This document shows, one piece after another, positions 55,714-64,000 of a stretch of DNA of 64,000 nt. The translations under genes and the position numbers were made by a program. Positions within the stretch are counted from its first letter, which is position 1, and each line of letters begins with the position of its first letter. The notes under the pieces were generated by a model. That model worked only from the letters and a program-made list of their open reading frames with translations, was not told the DNA's origin and searched no databases. Origin of the DNA: the human T2T-CHM13v2.0 reference genome, Homo sapiens. Location: assembly GCF_009914755.1 (NCBI RefSeq), contig NC_060928.1. One strand, given 5' to 3'.

Positions 55714-56604
55714 AGGCGGAGGACAGTCACGGGTGATAGCAAGATGTGTTCATGTGGTTCACAACACATACATAAGTATATTGATTATCTAGTGAGAAAA
55801 TTACTCCTTTTGCTGGGATTGAATGAGAATTTCATTCAATCCTCAGATTTTATCAAGGAGGAAATTTGGGGTCAATGCCATTGTGCATTTACCAGCTCTC
55901 AAAGACTTGCTCATCTCCCTTTCTAACAATAACAAAGCAAGTCCAAAACCTTTTCCATGGGCAGTTAATACTATCTATCCAGAATTTTAAAATATTGTTT
56001 CCTTTTCGTTGCATTAATATTTGTTGTTTGCCTTCTATTTATAGAGATGCTGATATTCTAATTACGATAGTGATATAGTTGCCTTTTAAATAACTATGAA
56101 TTTAAAACACAGGAAATAAAGGAATATCAAGTAAATAATACTATAGTAAATAGCACAGAGAAATGTATAATTATTGAACAAGATTCCAACATTTGGGAAA
56201 TTCTTTAGTATGAGATAATGGTTTTCCTGGCTCATCCACTATGGGCACAGTGATAATGACTGTTAATATTAACAGAATACATTAAGTTTGGATATGAATG
56301 GTATCTGAGCAAGTTCTTTCTAATTCAAGACACTCAAAGACTAAAGATTACAGAAAAAGTTTAGTTGCAAAGATCAAAACTTATATAATGAAATCAATTA
56401 TATATAGTCCTATCAAACAGTAAATAACCACACACATCTGTAGTTCAAGTAATGGTATCGACTATTGTTTCCCTATCTCAGAGAATGAATGAAAACTAAG
56501 TTGGGGTGACAGAGGTTAAGCCTCTATTCTGGTTATAATCTTTTGTGATTTAGGCTACAGTTTTAATTTCTTTGTCATGTGCTTTATGTATTTTTTTTGA
56601 AATG

Positions 56605-56850
56605 ATACAGCATAGTACATACAAGATAAGTTGGGCTTTATAGCTAAACAGACCTGGGTTCAAATTCTGCCTCTGCCATCCACTTGCTGGGTGACTTTGA
56701 ACAAATTATTTAGCCTCTCTGTACCTTGCTTCCTCATCTATAAGAAGAGATTATACGTCATTTGAAGAAATTGTCTGAGCAGTGGAACTAGTAAGTAAAA
56801 AGGACTGTGTATAGTGCCTGGCAGCACAGTAAGCCCCTGAGAGCTGGCAA
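56605..56850 (+). mobile_element. MIR
   Basis: CAGACCTGGGTTCAAATTCTGCCTCTGCCA...GTGACTTTGAACAAATTATTTAGCCTCTCTG...AGTGCCTGGCA. Confidence 0.9.
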
Positions 56851-57057
56851 ATGGAACAATCTGCTTAAAGTTTGAGGTTTAAAGTTTAATGCTTCTCTGT
56901 CTGAGCTGTAGTTAACATTAACTATTTCACTCTCTCTGTAATTCTCTTATTTGTTGCCACAGAAATATGAAATTCAAGAACTCTGTAGACAGAAGTCTCC
57001 TCCTTTGCCAATGCATCCTAGCAATTCCCTCTGCAAAATACCTCTTAGAAAAACACC

Positions 57058-57530
57058 AAAGACATGGACTCAGCCTAAATGCCGACCAAGGATAGACTGG
57101 AAAAAGAAAATGTGGTACATATACACCATGGAACACTATGCAGCCATAAAAAAAATGGGATCATATCCTTTGAAGGGGCATGGATGGAGCTGGAGTTCAT
57201 TATTCTTAGAAAAGTAAAACAGAAAAAGAAAAGCAAGTACTACATGTTCTCACTTATAAGTGGGAGCTAAATGATGAGAATACATGAACACATAGAGGGG
57301 AACAAAACACTCTGGGGACTTTCAGAGGATGGAGGGTCAGAGAAAAGAGAGGATCAGGAAAAATAACTAAGTAATTCATCACCCAAGTACTAGGCTTAAT
57401 ACTTGAGTGATGAAATAATCTGTACAACAAACCTCCATGACACCAGTTTACCTATGTGACACCAGTTTACCTATGTAACATACCTGCACTTGTACCCTGA
57501 AGTTAAAATAAAAGTTTTTTTTTAAAAAAA
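57058..57530 (+). mobile_element. 5'-truncated L1PA (PA11-13-like) 3' end
   Basis: IDWKKKMWYIYTMEHYAAIKK ORF2 end; GAGAGGATCAGGAAAAATAACTAA 3'UTR. TSD AGAAAAACACC (57047-57057) / AGAAAACACC (57530-57539). Confidence 0.9.
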
Positions 57531-57761
57531 GAAAACACCTGCTCTAGCTATAGGTGATGCGATTTCTTTTAATCAAATTTGCTTTAGGTAGGGAGAAAGT
57601 CTCTATCATTATGAGCAAGGTGCCCAGGATAAAAGCTTCTGAAGGACTCACAGGAAAGTTTGAGACCTGGAAAAATGTATTGGTACTGGCATATGCAAAT
57701 AAAAGTCTTACTAAATCAAAATTGATAAAAGTTTAGTTAACTACAAAGCATAATATTATGC

Positions 57762-58126
57762 TGTAGTGGACTGAATGAGATATCCAGCACTGACCTCCAG
57801 AATCCATAAATATTACCTATTTGAAAAAAAAATCTTTGCAGAAATAAGTTAAGGATGTTTAGATGAGGAGATACTCTTGGATTATCTGAGCCAGCCCTAA
57901 ATGCCATCACAAGGGTCCATAGAACAGAGAGACAGAGGAGGAAGTTATCACAGAGAGAAGAAGGTGATGTAGAGATTGAGACAATGAATGAAGAGATATA
58001 CCTACAAACTAGAAAATGCCAACAGCCTCCAGAAGCTGGGACAGTCCAGGAACATCCTCTGTGGTAGCTCCCAGAGCAGGTACAAACCTGTCAACACCTT
58101 GATTTTAACCTGGTGAAATTGATTTC
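57762..58126 (+). mobile_element. MLT1 (C/D-like) MaLR LTR, cut by the L1PA insertion
   Basis: TGTAGTGGACTGAAT...CTTTGCAGA...GTTAAGGAT...CCCTAAATGCCATCACAAG...CCAGAAGCTGG...ACACCTTGATTTT. Confidence 0.85.
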
Positions 58127-58341
58127 TTTTATTTACTATTATACATTAAGTTCTGGGATACATGTGCAGAATGTGCAGGTTTCTTACATAGGTATACATG
58201 TGACATGGTGGTTTGATGCACCGATCAACCTGTCATCTACATTAGGTATTTCTCCTAATGCTATCCCTCCCCTAGCCTTCCACCCCCCAACAGGCCCCAG
58301 TGTGTGATGTTCCCCTCCCTGTGTCCATGTGTTCTCATTGT

Positions 58342-62157
<3,816 letters not shown>

Positions 62158-62220
62158 TATGATGTTTTCTGGTTATTTTGCTTTTTAGTTGATGCAGTTT
62201 CTTCATAGTTTCAATGGTCT

Positions 62221-63246
62221 TTATAATTTGGTATGTTTTTGCAGTGGCTGGTACCGGTTGTTCCTTTCCATATTTAGTGCTTTCCTCAGGAGCTCTTGCA
62301 AGGCAGTCCTGGTGGTGACAAAATCTCTCAGCATCTTCTTGTCTGTGAAGGATTTTATTTCTCCTTCACTTATGAAGCTTAGTTTGGCTGGGTATGAAAT
62401 TCTGGGTTGAAAATTCTGTTCTTTAAGAATGTTGAATATTGGCCCCCACTGTTTTCTGGCTTATAGGCTTTCTGTAGAGAGATCCACTGTTAATCTGATG
62501 GGCTTCCCTTTGTGATTAACACAACCTTTCTCTCTGTCTGCCCTTAACATTTTCCTTTTATTTCTACCTCGGTGAATCTGACAATTATGTGTCTTGGGGT
62601 TGCTCTTCTCAAGAGGTATCTTTGTGGTGTTCTCTGCATTTTCTGAATATGAATGCTGGCCTGTCTTGCTACATTGAGGAATTTCTCCTGGATAATATCC
62701 TGAAGAGTGTTTTCCAACTTGGTTCCATTCACCCCATCATTTTCAGGTACACCAATAAAACATGGGTTTGGTCTTTTCACATAGTCCCATATTTCTTGGA
62801 GGCTTTGTTCATTCCTTTTCTTTCATTTTTCTCTAATCTTGTCTTCACACTTTATTTCATTAAGTTTATCTTCAATCTTTGAAATCCTTTCTTCCCACTT
62901 GATTGATTTGTCTATTGATACCTATGTATGCTTCATGAGGTTCTCATGCTGTGTTTATCAGCTCCATCAGATCATTTATATTCTTCTCTAAACTGTTTAA
63001 TCTAGTTAGCAACTCCTCTAACCTTTTTTCAAGGTTCTTAGCTTCCTTGCTTTGGGTTAGAACATGCTCCTTTAGCTTGGAGGAGTTTGTTATTACCCAC
63101 CTTCTGAAGTCTACTTCTGTCAATTCGTCAAACTCATTCTCCATCCAGTTTTGTTCCCTTGCTGGTGAGGAGTTGTGATCCTTTGGAGGAGAAGAGGCAT
63201 TCTGATTTTTGGAATTTTCAGCCTTTTTGTGCTGGTTTTTCCTCAT
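62221..63246 (-). pseudogene. L1 ORF1p remnant
   Basis: ORF fragments 62944-63252 and 62544-62780 (KRPN...LENTLQDIIQE...RATPRHIIVRF); ends QPLQKHTKL* at 62221. Confidence 0.92.
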
Positions 63247-64000
63247 CTTCATGGATTTATCTACCTTTGGTCTTTCATGTTGGTGACCTTTGGATGGGGT
63301 TTCTGTGTGGACATCTTTTTTGTTGACATTGATGCTATTCCTTTCTGTTTCTTAGTTTTCCTTTTGACAGTCAGGCCCCTCTGCTGCAGGTCTGCTGGAG
63401 TCTGCTGGAATTTGCTCCAGACCCTGTTTGCCTGGGTATCACCAGTGGAGGCTGCAGAACAGCAAAGATTGCTGCCTGTTCTTTCCTCTGGAAGCTTCAT
63501 CCCAGAGGGGCACCCACCAGATGGCAGCTGGACCTCTCCTGTATGACGTGTCTGTTGACCCCTGCTGGGAGCTGCCTCCCAGTCAGGAGGCACAGGGATC
63601 AGGGACCCACTTGAGGAGGCAGTCTGTCTATTAGCAGAGCTCAAGCGCTGTGCTGGGAGATCCACCGCTGTCTTCAGAACTGGCAGGCAGAAACGTTTAA
63701 GTCTACTGAAGCTGCGCCCATAGTCGCCCCTTCCCCCAGGTGCTCTGTCTCAGGGAGGTGGGAGTTTTATCTATAAGCCCCTGACTGGGGTTGCTGCCTT
63801 TCTTTCAGAGATGACCCACCCAGAGCGGAGGAGTCTAGAGATGCAGTCTGGATACACCAGCTTTGTGGCACTGTGGTGGGCTCTGCCCAGTTTGAACTTC
63901 TCAGTGGCTTTGTTTACATGGTGAGGGGAAAAATCCCTACTCAAGCTTCAGTAATGGTGGATGCCCCTCCCCCCACCAAGCTGGAGCTTCCCAGTTTGAC

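Overview
This is primate (very probably human or hominoid) nuclear DNA: AT-rich, CpG-poor and roughly half to two-thirds interspersed repeats (visual estimate). Repeats include AluJ/S/Y, L1PA/L1MA/L1MB/L1MC, L2, MIR, MER/Tigger/MADE DNA transposons and MaLR/ERVL LTRs. I see no intact long protein-coding ORF; the ORF track is explained by decayed L1 ORF1/ORF2, Alu read-throughs and low-complexity DNA. There is no CRISPR array, rRNA, tRNA or prokaryote-type system. The best non-repeat signals are: (1) a candidate minus-strand first exon and promoter at about 4520-4630 (strong-Kozak ATG GGC AG then GTGAGT donor), whose intron could end at an acceptor at the left window edge; (2) candidate plus-strand spliced exons ending in a polyadenylated terminal exon at about 18.8 kb, possibly an antisense lncRNA; (3) a two-module CTCF-type motif at 26.0 kb. 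The repeats also record several local DNA-repair events: a ~45-bp insertion templated from 2.46 kb away, fold-back insertions, and two Alus inserted at one target site. I cannot name the gene. Repeat subfamily calls come from recalled consensus features, not from alignments.
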